The translations under genes and the position numbers were made by a program. 50,280 bases of DNA from Sumerlaeia bacterium. GTDB lineage: Bacteria > Sumerlaeota > Sumerlaeia > SLMS01 > JAHLLQ01. Below are positions 1 to 9,484 of the stretch, piece after piece. The DNA lies in contig JAVJSW010000044.1 in assembly GCA_040219255.1 (NCBI GenBank), positions 1 to 50,280 on the forward strand, given 5' to 3'. The notes beneath the pieces are model-generated. The model saw nothing but the letters and a program-made list of their open reading frames with translations. It made no database searches and was not told the DNA's origin. How positions within the stretch are numbered: the stretch's first letter is position 1; each line of letters starts with the position of its first letter.

Positions 1-1
1 T

Positions 2-943
2 AGCCGCTCCGTGGAGCAGGCGCCCCTGCCGCCCCGCGCGGTGCCCCGCTGCATGGCCGGGCCCGGCTTCCTCTCCTATATGATCGTTTCCAAATACGCC
101 GATCACATTCCCCTCTGCCGAATAGAAAGAATCCTCGGTCGCGAAAATATCTCCATCTCCCGTTCGAATATGTGCGAATGGGTCATGAGGCTCCATTTGC
201 TGATGCTGCCGCTGATCGCTCTGATGAAAGTCAGGTTGCTCGAAAGCGATGTCATCCAGAGCGACGATACTCCCATCCGCGTACAGCAAATGCCGGGGCC
301 CGGAACTTCCCGTTGTTACTTGTGGCTCTATCGCGGCGATCACAAGGCGCCGTACACCATTTATGACTTTCGGAGGAGCCGTAATAAAGAAGGGCCGAGC
401 GATATCCTCGATGGATACAGTGGCTTTCTTCAGGCGGATGCCTATTGCGGCTATCACGATGTCTATAAACTTCTTGATAAAGAAGGCCAGCCGCGCATCC
501 GGGAGGCAGGCTGCTGGGCCCACGCGCGACGCCGTTTTATAGAAGCCATGGAGGCGGGCGACGAACGAGCCCAGGTGGCGCTGGATTTTATCGGCCAGCT
601 CTACGGCATCGAAAAGCAGGCGCGGGAAAGCGCTAAAGGCAAGAGCGACAGTGACCTGCATGCCCTGCGTGGGGCGATGCGAGAGGAACGAAGCCGCACG
701 CTTCTCGATCAACTTTTTATCTGGATGGAAGACCGCTACGACGTCCTGCCGCAATCGCCCCTGGGCAAGGCCCTGACCTATGCGCAAAACAACAGTTAAG
801 CATTGAGCCGCTTCGCTTTCGACGGCCGGCTGGACATCGACAACAACGCCGCCGAGCGGGCGCTGCGCCCCGTGGCCGTCGGCCGCAAGAACTGGCTCTT
901 CGCCGGCAGCCCCCGCGGCGGCGAGTCGGCGCGGGCCCAGTGA
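2..943 (+). pseudogene. IS66-family transposase (TnpC) C-terminal part with in-frame stop, cut by the window edge
   Basis: IS66 motifs SKYADHIPL, SDDTP, LQADAY and CWAHARRRF. After TAA at 797-799 the same frame continues [37 protein letters not shown], the typical TnpC end, and stops early at 941-943. Confidence 0.9.
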
Positions 944-960
944 ACGCCGTGCTATCCTTC

Positions 961-1050
961 TCAAATCCGCACCCGCTCAATCTCATCCAGCGTCACCTTC
1001 TTCCCCGTCCGGTCGTAAAGCATCGTCGCGCGGGTGGACTCGTGGGCCGC
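961..1050 (-). pseudogene. C-terminal remnant of a tyrosine recombinase/integrase
   Basis: AAHESTRATMLYDRTGKKVTLDEIERVRI resembles the H-x-S-x-x-x-T-x-x-Y box II and tail of plasmid/island tyrosine recombinases. The upstream frame is not integrase-like. Confidence 0.65.
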
Positions 1051-1089
1051 CGTGCCTACGCAGTTGGCAGGCGATTCTCCGCCTTCGGC

Positions 1090-1442
1090 AATCTGTGCTA
1101 TCTGCGCCATCTGCGGCCAAAAATCGCCGCCCCCCACCAATCCGCCTCCCTCTCGCGTCCATCCGCGGTTCCAAACCCCTCCCACTCCTCGACTTACCCT
1201 CCCCTAAGCGCCTTTAGTCCCTCTAGCCCGACAAGTGTATTTTGTCTTTCTTGCTCCCGTAGCTCCACATGAGGGGACAAACCGAAAGGCCTGTGAGACG
1301 CTTCCTCCATCACGCGCGTCCCAAAGGAACCACCCGCCATGAACCGCACGTCTCCCCTGAACACTCAGCGTCCTCTGCTCCATGGCGGGGAACGCCACAG
1401 CCGCCTCCCCCACGAACCGTCCGCGCCATCCGCGGCCAAAAA
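1090..1442. repeat. Cluster of short degenerate intergenic repeats
   Basis: 9-bp tandem AATCTGTGC/TATCTGCGC/CATCTGCGG followed by CCAAAAA (1090-1123); near copy GTCCGCGCCATCCGCGGCCAAAAA (1419-1442); related GTCCATCCGCGGTT near 1157-1170. Confidence 0.55.
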
Positions 1443-1443
1443 C

Positions 1444-2931
1444 CTACGCCGCCGACGCCGCTTCCAGTTCGTCCTTCGCCACCACCCGCGTCACCATGTC
1501 GGCTTCGATGACCTGCATGGCCTTCCATTTGCCGCCCCGATAGCGCCACAGCATCGACAAGCCCCAAACCGTGATGTAGCCGATCAGGCCGGCCCACATC
1601 CACGGCGCTGGCCAGCCGAAGATCACCGCGGCGATGCTCGGCAGGATCAGGAACAGCGTGCCAAAGATCAGCGCGCTCCACGCCACGAACGCCGTGTCGC
1701 CCGCCCCCTTGATCGCCCCCGCGTACACCTGGCCGATGGCGTCCATGGTGCAATACACGCCGATCAGCATCAGGAAAAACGTCGCCAGTTCCCGGATACG
1801 GCCGATGTCTCCAACCTGCGATTCGGACAGCTTGAAGATCGCCAGGTACATCTCGGGAAAGAACAGGAACGTCCCCATCAGCAGCACCATCGAGCCGGTC
1901 GCCAGCAGATTGCCCTGCCAAGTGGTTTTCTCGGCGCGGGCGGCCTGACCCGAACCGATGAATTGCCCGGCCAGGACGCCGATGCCCTGGCCCATGCCGA
2001 TGATCGGGATGAAAATCACCATGTTCACCGACAAGGCGATGGTCGTGGCGGCGAGAGCCTCCATATCCACCTTGCCCATGGCGTTCAGGAACACCGTGAA
2101 GGACGCGACCTCGACGAAGCTCTGGAGGCTTTGCGGCCAGCCGTAGCGCACCAGCCGCGCGAACAACGCGCGGTCGAAATGCCACTCGCGGACCGTGGCG
2201 TAGGCTTCGCGCGTGCCCTTGCTGAAGAACGCCACCAGGTAAATCACGGTCCCGAAGTAAATGCTGACCACCGTGCCCCAGGCGGCGCCGTTGGCTCCGC
2301 CGTGGATGAACGGCAGGGCCTCGGGCGGATGGTAGATGAACCAGTAGTTGAGCGGGATGTTCATCGCCACCACGACAAAGTTCACCGCCATGACGAACCA
2401 GGTCTTGCCGCGCCCGGCCCACAACCCGCCGATGCCGACGTTGAGGAACAGCGCCAGGTTGGCCCAGCAGAGCGGCCGGAAGTGATCGGCCTCGACCGCC
2501 GGGATTTCCCCCGGCTTGCCGATCAGGTCGAACAGCGGCCCCGCCAGCGGAATCAGCCCGAGCATCGCCACCCCGAAAATCAGGGACAGGTAGATGGACT
2601 GCCAGACGACATGGCCGATGCGTTCGGGGCGGTTGGCGCCATGGTACTGCGCCACGAAGGTAGCGACGTAGCTCACGATGCCAAAGCCGAACATGGAAAG
2701 GGTCCACCAGAGGGTGCCGGCGCTCATGGCCGCGGGCAGGTGCACCGCGGCGTCGTAACGCGCCAGGAACCAACGGTCCATGAACAGATTCAGCGCCGCC
2801 GACAGGGACGCCAGAATCAGGGGGCCGGAAACCAGCAAAAGACGGCGCGTGCCGTCCTCTCCGTGCCAACTGGGTCGATAGAGCAGTCTGGCCGGTTTCG
2901 GATGGGTAGAGTCTGCTGTCAAAGCATGCAT
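1444..2931 (-). CDS. MATE family efflux transporter
   Basis: About 12 hydrophobic helices, two-fold MATE repeat, motifs MDRWFLA, VAQYHGA, GQFIGSG and IKGAGDT. Confidence 0.92.
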   Translation of the reverse strand: MHALTADSTHPKPARLLYRPSWHGEDGTRRLLLVSGPLILASLSAALNLFMDRWFLARYDAAVHLPAAMSAGTLWWTLSMFGFGIVSYVATFVAQYHGANRPERIGHVVWQSIYLSLIFGVAMLGLIPLAGPLFDLIGKPGEIPAVEADHFRPLCWANLALFLNVGIGGLWAGRGKTWFVMAVNFVVVAMNIPLNYWFIYHPPEALPFIHGGANGAAWGTVVSIYFGTVIYLVAFFSKGTREAYATVREWHFDRALFARLVRYGWPQSLQSFVEVASFTVFLNAMGKVDMEALAATTIALSVNMVIFIPIIGMGQGIGVLAGQFIGSGQAARAEKTTWQGNLLATGSMVLLMGTFLFFPEMYLAIFKLSESQVGDIGRIRELATFFLMLIGVYCTMDAIGQVYAGAIKGAGDTAFVAWSALIFGTLFLILPSIAAVIFGWPAPWMWAGLIGYITVWGLSMLWRYRGGKWKAMQVIEADMVTRVVAKDELEAASAA

Positions 2932-3148
2932 AAGAGTGTTTCCGGCTCAGTTGGCCAGGGCAGCGGCGGCTCGGGCCGGAAGCGCCTAGAAACCCCACCG
3001 CCGGTCCAATTTCAAGCCCGGAGTGTCATCGGCGGGCACTTTTTCATAAAACTTTCATCCCTCGTTTTCGAACCCGCCGTTTTCCTTTGCCCACGCCGCC
3101 CCGCCCCATCAGGCAAAGGCAATGCCCCATCCCGGAGGACCCCCGCCC

Positions 3149-3964
3149 ATGGCAACCGCTACGATGGTCGATCTGAACGACACCTGGGCCGGATTGAAAG
3201 CCAACCCGGTCTTCCGCCGCACGCTCTCGCCCCGGGGCTTGAAGACCGCCCTGCGCAGCCCCATCGCCCGCGTGCTGGTTCTGACGGCGGTGGGCATCAC
3301 GCTCTTCGAGTGGATCACCCGCCTGTTCCTGGCTTGGTGGCCGGTGATTTTCTTCGCCGTCGCGTTCTGGTTCTGCATCAAGGCGGTGCAGTACTTCTTC
3401 TGCTGGTTCGAACTCTCCAGCCTCGCCACCACGGGCACGCTGGACGACTACCTGAATTCGGGCCTCAGCCGCGCCGACGTGGCCATGGGCATCATCTTCC
3501 CCGCCTTTATGGCCGAGATGATTTCCACCGCCTGCGTGATCCTCTACTTCGCCCTGACGGCGGGCGACCAGACGACGCAGATCTTCATGCTCGTTATCGC
3601 CGCCTTGATCGTGTTCCAGATCCTCCGCCCGCCCAGCCTGTTCCTGCCCGATGTGGAGGGCTATCTGCGCAAGCGCAACCCGGTGGCGCTGTTCTTCATC
3701 AGCATCGCCGTGCTGGTGCCGCTCATCATCTGGTTCACGATTTTCTTCGCGCTGCTGTTCGGCATCGCCTTCGGCTCGGCGATCCTGGGTCTCGCGGTGC
3801 AGCCCTCGCACGTCCAGATCATCGCCTTTATCGGGGCCTATTTCCTGGTCCGCTATCCCAACGGGTGGTGGATGACGTGGCGGCTCAAGCGCTTCTACTC
3901 GCGCTATCGGTCGTTCGACGACCTGTTCGAGCGCTACATCGAGCACGGCGACGCCCGCCAATGA
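3149..3964 (+). CDS. Integral membrane protein, ABC-2 permease-like
   Basis: About 6 hydrophobic segments; GTLDDYLNSGLSRADV resembles a permease loop; GGAGG RBS before ATG 3149. Confidence 0.6.
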   Translation: MATATMVDLNDTWAGLKANPVFRRTLSPRGLKTALRSPIARVLVLTAVGITLFEWITRLFLAWWPVIFFAVAFWFCIKAVQYFFCWFELSSLATTGTLDDYLNSGLSRADVAMGIIFPAFMAEMISTACVILYFALTAGDQTTQIFMLVIAALIVFQILRPPSLFLPDVEGYLRKRNPVALFFISIAVLVPLIIWFTIFFALLFGIAFGSAILGLAVQPSHVQIIAFIGAYFLVRYPNGWWMTWRLKRFYSRYRSFDDLFERYIEHGDARQ

Positions 3965-4773
3965 CCGAGGCCACGCCCTGGCACCTCGAGCGCGCCGACG
4001 CCCTCGACGCGGCCCGGCGCCTCGCCGCCGGGGGCATGGCCGGGGCCTTTGCCTTGATCTACCTCGATCCGCCCTTTTTCACCCAGCGCCAGCAGACCGC
4101 CAAAGCCGGCGCCTATACCGACAACTGGGGCGGAAACATCGGCCGCTACATCGACTTCCTGGGCGAGCGCATCGTCGCCTTGCGGCCGCTCCTGGCGCCA
4201 GAGGGGTCGTTCCTGCTGCATCTCGATTGGCACGCGGTGCATTACGCCAAGGTGTGCTGCGATGCGATTTTCGGGATGGAGAACTTTCAGAACGAAATCG
4301 TCTGGGCGTACAACAGCGGCGGCGGTTCGAAACGGCGCTATGGCCGAAAGCACGACACTATCCTGTGGTACAGCACGGGTCAAAAGGCGCCAATCTTCAA
4401 CGCCGACGCCGCCCGTGTTCCCTATAGCGCCATCATCGCGAAGAAGCGCGAGGCGCTTTTTCACGCGGAGGGAAAGGTTTCCAGCGACGTGTTGAGCATT
4501 GCGCGCCCGCCCAATCATGCGGCGGAGTGGCGCGGATGGCCGACGCAGAAGCCGCTGGCGCTGCTGGAGTGGTTCGTGCGGGTGCACAGCCGGCCCGGCG
4601 ATCGGGTGGGGGATTTTTTCTGCGGCAGCGGAACGACTCTCGCGGCGGCGGTTCGTCATGGACGCCGTGGCTGGGGTTGCGATCTGAGCGAGGATGCGCT
4701 CAGCATCGCCCGCGCCCGGCTGGCCGAGGCCTCGCCGCCCGACTCTTCATCCGACAGGACGCCTTCACCTTGA
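3961..4773 (+). CDS. Orphan N4/N6 DNA methyltransferase (beta class)
   Basis: IYLDPPF catalytic motif precedes PTQKP and the DFFCGSGTT SAM-binding motif; ATGA overlap with the upstream gene. Confidence 0.92.
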   Translation: MTEATPWHLERADALDAARRLAAGGMAGAFALIYLDPPFFTQRQQTAKAGAYTDNWGGNIGRYIDFLGERIVALRPLLAPEGSFLLHLDWHAVHYAKVCCDAIFGMENFQNEIVWAYNSGGGSKRRYGRKHDTILWYSTGQKAPIFNADAARVPYSAIIAKKREALFHAEGKVSSDVLSIARPPNHAAEWRGWPTQKPLALLEWFVRVHSRPGDRVGDFFCGSGTTLAAAVRHGRRGWGCDLSEDALSIARARLAEASPPDSSSDRTPSP

Positions 4774-6338
4774 GCGACAAGACCAGCGAGCAGAAAACCC
4801 GCGAGCCCCAGAAGAAGGCCGGCTTCTTTGGCCGCCTGTTCTCCGCCCGGAAGGTGGAGGCCCCCGCCGAGGAACGCGACGCCACCCTGGAGATGTCTCC
4901 GGAGCAGATGGCGGGCGCCCGCCGCAAAGACGAACCCGCCGCCCCCAAGGCCAAGAAGCCGGAGGAAAAGAAGGGCTTCCTGAGCAAGTTCATCGAGGGC
5001 ATGGAAAAACCCGTTGGCCAGGAGCACGAGGTCGAACTGGACGTGCCGGACGAGGAGGAAACCACCCTCGAAGAGCTGGCCGAACCGCCCCACGCCCCAG
5101 AACCGCCTCGCAAGACCGAGGGCGAGGAGCTGATCGAAGCGACGGAAGTTCTGCCCCCGGTGGAAATCCTGGAAGAAGCCGAAGAACACGCCCGCGAGGA
5201 AGCGGGCGAGGAACCGGAAGACGAAGGGGCCTGGGAAGAAGACGACGACCTCGAGGACGAAGACGAGGAAGTTGCGGAAGCGGAAGAGGCGGAGGACAAG
5301 GACTTCAGCGCCTTCGACGCCAGCGTCGCCGTCCTGACGGAAAAGGACGAGGAGGAAGAACCGGAGGAGCTGCGCCGCGAGCGCTCGTCCTGGTTCCGGC
5401 GCCTGCGCGACCGCCTCGGCCGCACGCGGCAGGGGCTCATCGGCCAACTCAAGACCATCTTCGGCGGGGCGGATTCCCTCGACGAGGACATGGTCGAGGA
5501 CATCGAAGCCACTCTGATCCAGAGCGATGTGGGCGTGGAAACGACGCAGAAGATCATCGAGAAAATGCAGGCTGGCGCCAAAGCCGCCAAGAAGGGCGGG
5601 CAGAAGGTCGATCTGCTGGAAATCTTCAAGGACGCGGTGCGCGAAGTGCTCGTGGAAAACAGCGCGCCCTTCGAACCCGAAATCCCCACCTCCGGCCCCA
5701 TGGTGGTCCTCGTGGTGGGTGTCAACGGCGCCGGGAAAACCACCACCATCGCCAAGATGGCGAAGCGATGCAACGACGCCGGGCTGAGCACGATGCTGGT
5801 GGCGGGCGATACGTTCCGCGCCGCCGCGGTTGAGCAGCTTGAAATCTGGAGCAATCGCATCGGCAGCGATTTCGTGCGCGCGGACTACGGCAGCGACGCC
5901 GCCGCCCTGGCCTATCAAGCCATGGACCGCGCCAAAGCCCGCGGCGCCGACATCGTCTTCATCGACACCGCCGGCCGGCTCCAGAACAAGAGTTCGTTGA
6001 TGGCCGAGCTGAAGAAAATCGAGCGCGTGCTGGGCAAGCAATTCCCCGGCGCGCCGCATCAAACCCTGCTGGTGCTCGACGCCACCACGGGCCAGAACGC
6101 CGTGTCGCAGGTCAAGACCTTCAGCGAAACCGTCCGGATCAGCGGCTTGGTCATGACCAAACTCGACGGCACCGCCAAGGGCGGCGTGCTGCTGACGATC
6201 CTCGACGTGTTCCGCATCCCGATCTGCCTGATCGGCGTGGGGGAAGCGGCGGAAGACCTGCGCGATTTCGACCCCGAGCAATTCGCGGCGGCGCTCTTTG
6301 GCGAGGAAGAAGCCAAGGCGGAGATGGCGGGGCGGTGA
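4770..6338 (+). CDS. ftsY: SRP receptor FtsY with long acidic N-terminus
   Basis: GVNGAGKTTT, DTFRAAA, DTAGR and TKLDGTAKGG motifs; probable TTG start overlapping the MTase stop. Confidence 0.97.
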   Translation: MSDKTSEQKTREPQKKAGFFGRLFSARKVEAPAEERDATLEMSPEQMAGARRKDEPAAPKAKKPEEKKGFLSKFIEGMEKPVGQEHEVELDVPDEEETTLEELAEPPHAPEPPRKTEGEELIEATEVLPPVEILEEAEEHAREEAGEEPEDEGAWEEDDDLEDEDEEVAEAEEAEDKDFSAFDASVAVLTEKDEEEEPEELRRERSSWFRRLRDRLGRTRQGLIGQLKTIFGGADSLDEDMVEDIEATLIQSDVGVETTQKIIEKMQAGAKAAKKGGQKVDLLEIFKDAVREVLVENSAPFEPEIPTSGPMVVLVVGVNGAGKTTTIAKMAKRCNDAGLSTMLVAGDTFRAAAVEQLEIWSNRIGSDFVRADYGSDAAALAYQAMDRAKARGADIVFIDTAGRLQNKSSLMAELKKIERVLGKQFPGAPHQTLLVLDATTGQNAVSQVKTFSETVRISGLVMTKLDGTAKGGVLLTILDVFRIPICLIGVGEAAEDLRDFDPEQFAAALFGEEEAKAEMAGR

Positions 6339-6694
6339 GTCACCTCGATCCCCTGCCCTGGACCCCCAACTGCGTCTCCACCGAGGCTACCTCGCGCTGG
6401 CGGCGGCTCGATCCGCTGCCGTACCCGGAAGGCGGCGGCCGCGAGGACGCCATCGCCCGCGTCAAAGCCGTCGTCGCCACCTTTCCTCGCACCGAACTGG
6501 TGGAGGAGCGGGGCGATTATCTGCACTACGTTTTTTCCTCGAAGAAAATGGGGTTCAAGGATGACGTCGAATTCGCCTTCGATGACGCGGCGCGCGTCGT
6601 CCACTTCCGCTCCGCCGCGCGGGAGGGCATTTGGGACCTGGGGGTGAACCGGCGGCGGATGAAGGCGGTGAGGCGGGGGTATTTGGCCGATTGA
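6335..6694 (+). CDS. DUF1499-like protein
   Basis: PNCVS, GFKDDVEF and RSAAR..WDLGVNRRR motifs. Confidence 0.85.
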   Translation: MSHLDPLPWTPNCVSTEATSRWRRLDPLPYPEGGGREDAIARVKAVVATFPRTELVEERGDYLHYVFSSKKMGFKDDVEFAFDDAARVVHFRSAAREGIWDLGVNRRRMKAVRRGYLAD

Positions 6695-6759
6695 CAGGAA
6701 TGCGACGTGGTGAGACAAGCTTTCCCATGATGCATGAACTTAAAGGATGATATGTAACC

Positions 6760-8046
6760 GTGGCAAGAATTGAAGGCTTCAGGATAAAAAACTATAAGGT
6801 TCTGAAGGACGTGACTTTAGGTGCGCTTTGGAACAAAAGAAAAGAATTTCCTCTGAGCCCCTTTACTGCTGTAATAGGCAAGAATGGTGTCGGGAAGAGC
6901 ACTCTTTTCGATGCTTTTGGATTTCTATCTGATGCCCTTAGACATGGGGTGGAGGAAGCCTGCGATTCGCGAGGCAGAGGGGGTTTTGAAAGACTGAGGA
7001 CACAAGGGCAAGAGGGGCCAATTGAGTTTGAAATATACTATAGAGAAGATAAGAGTTCGAGGCCTATCACCTACGAGCTTGCCGTAACCGTGGATAGTCA
7101 TGGGAGGCCATTTGTTTTGCGGGAGAGACTCAGGCAACGGCGCAAGAATCAGAAAAGAGGTCGCCCGTTTTCCTTTCTTATTCTGGAAGATGGGGAAGGA
7201 GTCGCGTGGAAGGGCCAGGATCAGGGCTTGTCAGATGAGGGAGCGGATGTTGATATCTCTGATTTGATAAAGAAGATACGTGCTGACAGGCTTAAGGAAG
7301 AGTCAAAAGAAACTGAAGTAGTAGAATTAGACGACAAAAGAAGACTGGGAATTGCTACTTTGGGTTCACTACAGCAGCATCCACGGATATCACTGTTTCG
7401 AAGGTTCGTGGAGAGTTGGTATCTCAGTTACTTTACCCCTGACGCCGCTCGCAGTTTGCCTTTGGCAGGCCCTCAGCGTCGGCTGAATATGCATGGGGAT
7501 AACTTGGGTAATGTTGTGCAGTACATGGAGAGAGAACACCCAAAAAGATTTCGAGCGATTCTCGATGCAATTTCAAGAAAGATTCCTGGAATCGATGGTA
7601 TAAGTACAGAGAAGACGCCTGATGGAAGGCTCTTGCTCAAGTTTGGAGACCACGGTTTTCAAGATCCATTTTATTCTCAGCAAATGTCTGACGGAACTCT
7701 GAAAGTCTTTGCCTACATGTTACTGCTTCAAGATCCTGCGCCACCTCCATTTCTATGCATTGAAGAGCCAGAAAACGGGCTCTATCACAAATTGCTTGAA
7801 TCGTTGGTGGAAGAATTCCGGGCTCACGCTACTGGTCTAAAGGGAGGATCGCAAGTATTTATTACGACGCATCAGCCATACCTTGTGGATGCTCTGTCGC
7901 CAGAGGAAGTTTGGATAATCGAGAAAAGTGAGGAGGGGTTTTCTGAGATACGCAGAGCAAGCGAGGATCCCCTGGTGGTCAATCTCGTCGAAGAAGATGT
8001 GCCATTAGGCGGACTTTGGTATAGTGGCTATTTGGATGCGAGGTAA
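6760..8046 (+). CDS. ABC/SMC-like ATPase (AAA_21 type)
   Basis: Walker A GKNGVGKS, signature MSDGT, Walker B IEEPENGL, H-loop TTHQP; visibly AT-richer than flanks. Confidence 0.9.
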   Translation: MARIEGFRIKNYKVLKDVTLGALWNKRKEFPLSPFTAVIGKNGVGKSTLFDAFGFLSDALRHGVEEACDSRGRGGFERLRTQGQEGPIEFEIYYREDKSSRPITYELAVTVDSHGRPFVLRERLRQRRKNQKRGRPFSFLILEDGEGVAWKGQDQGLSDEGADVDISDLIKKIRADRLKEESKETEVVELDDKRRLGIATLGSLQQHPRISLFRRFVESWYLSYFTPDAARSLPLAGPQRRLNMHGDNLGNVVQYMEREHPKRFRAILDAISRKIPGIDGISTEKTPDGRLLLKFGDHGFQDPFYSQQMSDGTLKVFAYMLLLQDPAPPPFLCIEEPENGLYHKLLESLVEEFRAHATGLKGGSQVFITTHQPYLVDALSPEEVWIIEKSEEGFSEIRRASEDPLVVNLVEEDVPLGGLWYSGYLDAR

Positions 8047-8048
8047 CT

Positions 8049-8717
8049 ATGCATTTACATTTTGAATTCTTGGTCGAAGATCAGTCGGGAAAACTTCTTC
8101 TAGAGTCTTTGATACCACAAATCGTCGCGAAACCGAATACTTCTAATATTATCTCATATAAGGGTGTTGGCAATATTCCTACTGACCTTCGTGCGACTAC
8201 GGATCCGAGCAAGAGAATTCTTCTGAACAACTTGCCTCGCCTTCTTAAGGGTTACGGAAAAACCTATGCAAAAACTGGTGATTTCAAAGGAGTTGTCGTG
8301 ATCGTATGCGATTTGGATCGTCGTTGTTTCAAGGAATTCAGACAAGATATCAGAAACTTAATTCAAAATGTGCCGCAGGCGCCCGAAACGGTACTTTGTC
8401 TGGCGATCGAGGAAATGGAAGCATGGATTTTGGGGGATTTAGTGGCCATACTTCGGGTTTTCCCGAAAGCGAAACAGAACATTCTGAACACTTATGTGAA
8501 TGATTCGATATGCGGAACATGGGAGAAGCTGGCGGATGCCGTTTACAAGGGAGGTTCCGAAGCCTTAATGAAAGATGTGAGTTCTGCGAAGGGGCGTGAG
8601 AAATGCGCATGGGCCAAGAAAATAGGACCATTAATGAATGTGGATTCAAATCGTTCGCCCAGTTTTTGCTATTTTCGCGACAAGATTCGCAAAGTGCAAA
8701 GCCAATTGGGCGCCTGA
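8049..8717 (+). CDS. DUF4276-like (TOPRIM-like) protein
   Basis: FLVEDQS, VCDLD, EEMEAWILGD and NRSPSF motifs; starts 2 bp after the ATPase stop; AT-rich. Confidence 0.8.
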   Translation: MHLHFEFLVEDQSGKLLLESLIPQIVAKPNTSNIISYKGVGNIPTDLRATTDPSKRILLNNLPRLLKGYGKTYAKTGDFKGVVVIVCDLDRRCFKEFRQDIRNLIQNVPQAPETVLCLAIEEMEAWILGDLVAILRVFPKAKQNILNTYVNDSICGTWEKLADAVYKGGSEALMKDVSSAKGREKCAWAKKIGPLMNVDSNRSPSFCYFRDKIRKVQSQLGA

Positions 8718-8880
8718 TCGTTCTCTGGAGCCTCAGGAATTAGACCGAGTCGATAGAGATACCTGCCTTGTCGTCTCTCGGCCGTCACGGCCCGACATTC
8801 GCCTTGTCCAACCCACCCCGGCGCCCGCATACAAGCCGCCTCGCCCCGCCGCCGCCCCGCGCGAGAGGAGTCGTTCGACT

Positions 8881-9387
8881 ATGAAACCCACCCCACTCAT
8901 CGCCGCCATGCTGGCCGTCCTTGTCTTGGGCGCCGGGGGCTGCGCGAGCCTGAACCCGTTCTCCAAGAAGGCCGACGAAGAGGTCTTTCCCGAGGACGAA
9001 GACATTCGCCTCGATACGCGTAAGTCTCTGGCCGAGGTCCGTATGGGATTCACTCAGCGCGCTTTTGACGACCCCGCCGTCGAGGAACTGCTGGGCTCGG
9101 AGGTCATCTCGGTGGACATCATCGCCAACGCGTCGCTGGGCTCGGACCGTTGGATGGGGCTCGGCGGATCGCGCGGGATGGAGTCCTTCGTCCTGACCGC
9201 CATCGGGGCCGATGGCGCGGAAGCCCGCATCGACGCCACGGCGGAGAACCGGGGCCATGGCTGGGAGGCGACCGGCTGGCGTGTGCGTCCGGCTCCGGCT
9301 CCGGCGGCCCAGGAAGGGTTCGACGCGGAGGAAGAACTCTCGATCCCCGACCCCGCGGACGCCGTCGAGCCGGCCATCGAATACTGA
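8881..9387 (+). CDS. Putative lipoprotein
   Basis: Signal peptide MKPTPLIAAMLAVLVLGAGG followed by lipobox Cys. Confidence 0.7.
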   Translation: MKPTPLIAAMLAVLVLGAGGCASLNPFSKKADEEVFPEDEDIRLDTRKSLAEVRMGFTQRAFDDPAVEELLGSEVISVDIIANASLGSDRWMGLGGSRGMESFVLTAIGADGAEARIDATAENRGHGWEATGWRVRPAPAPAAQEGFDAEEELSIPDPADAVEPAIEY

Positions 9388-9484
9388 CCTCGCGCCAGCC
9401 CGCCGGTCTCAAATGTCCCAACCGGGTCCGGCGCCTGCCGGTCAACCCTTGCTTTTTCCCCGCCCCGCGCGAACGCTAACGCCC

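Noticed and set aside
1090-1442. CRISPR array
   Set aside because: Repeats are short, degenerate and irregularly spaced; no cas genes in the window.
1339-3960. N-terminal extension making a 1144-aa MTase
   Set aside because: Overlaps the MATE gene (antisense) and the membrane gene (other frame); the real start is ATG 3961.
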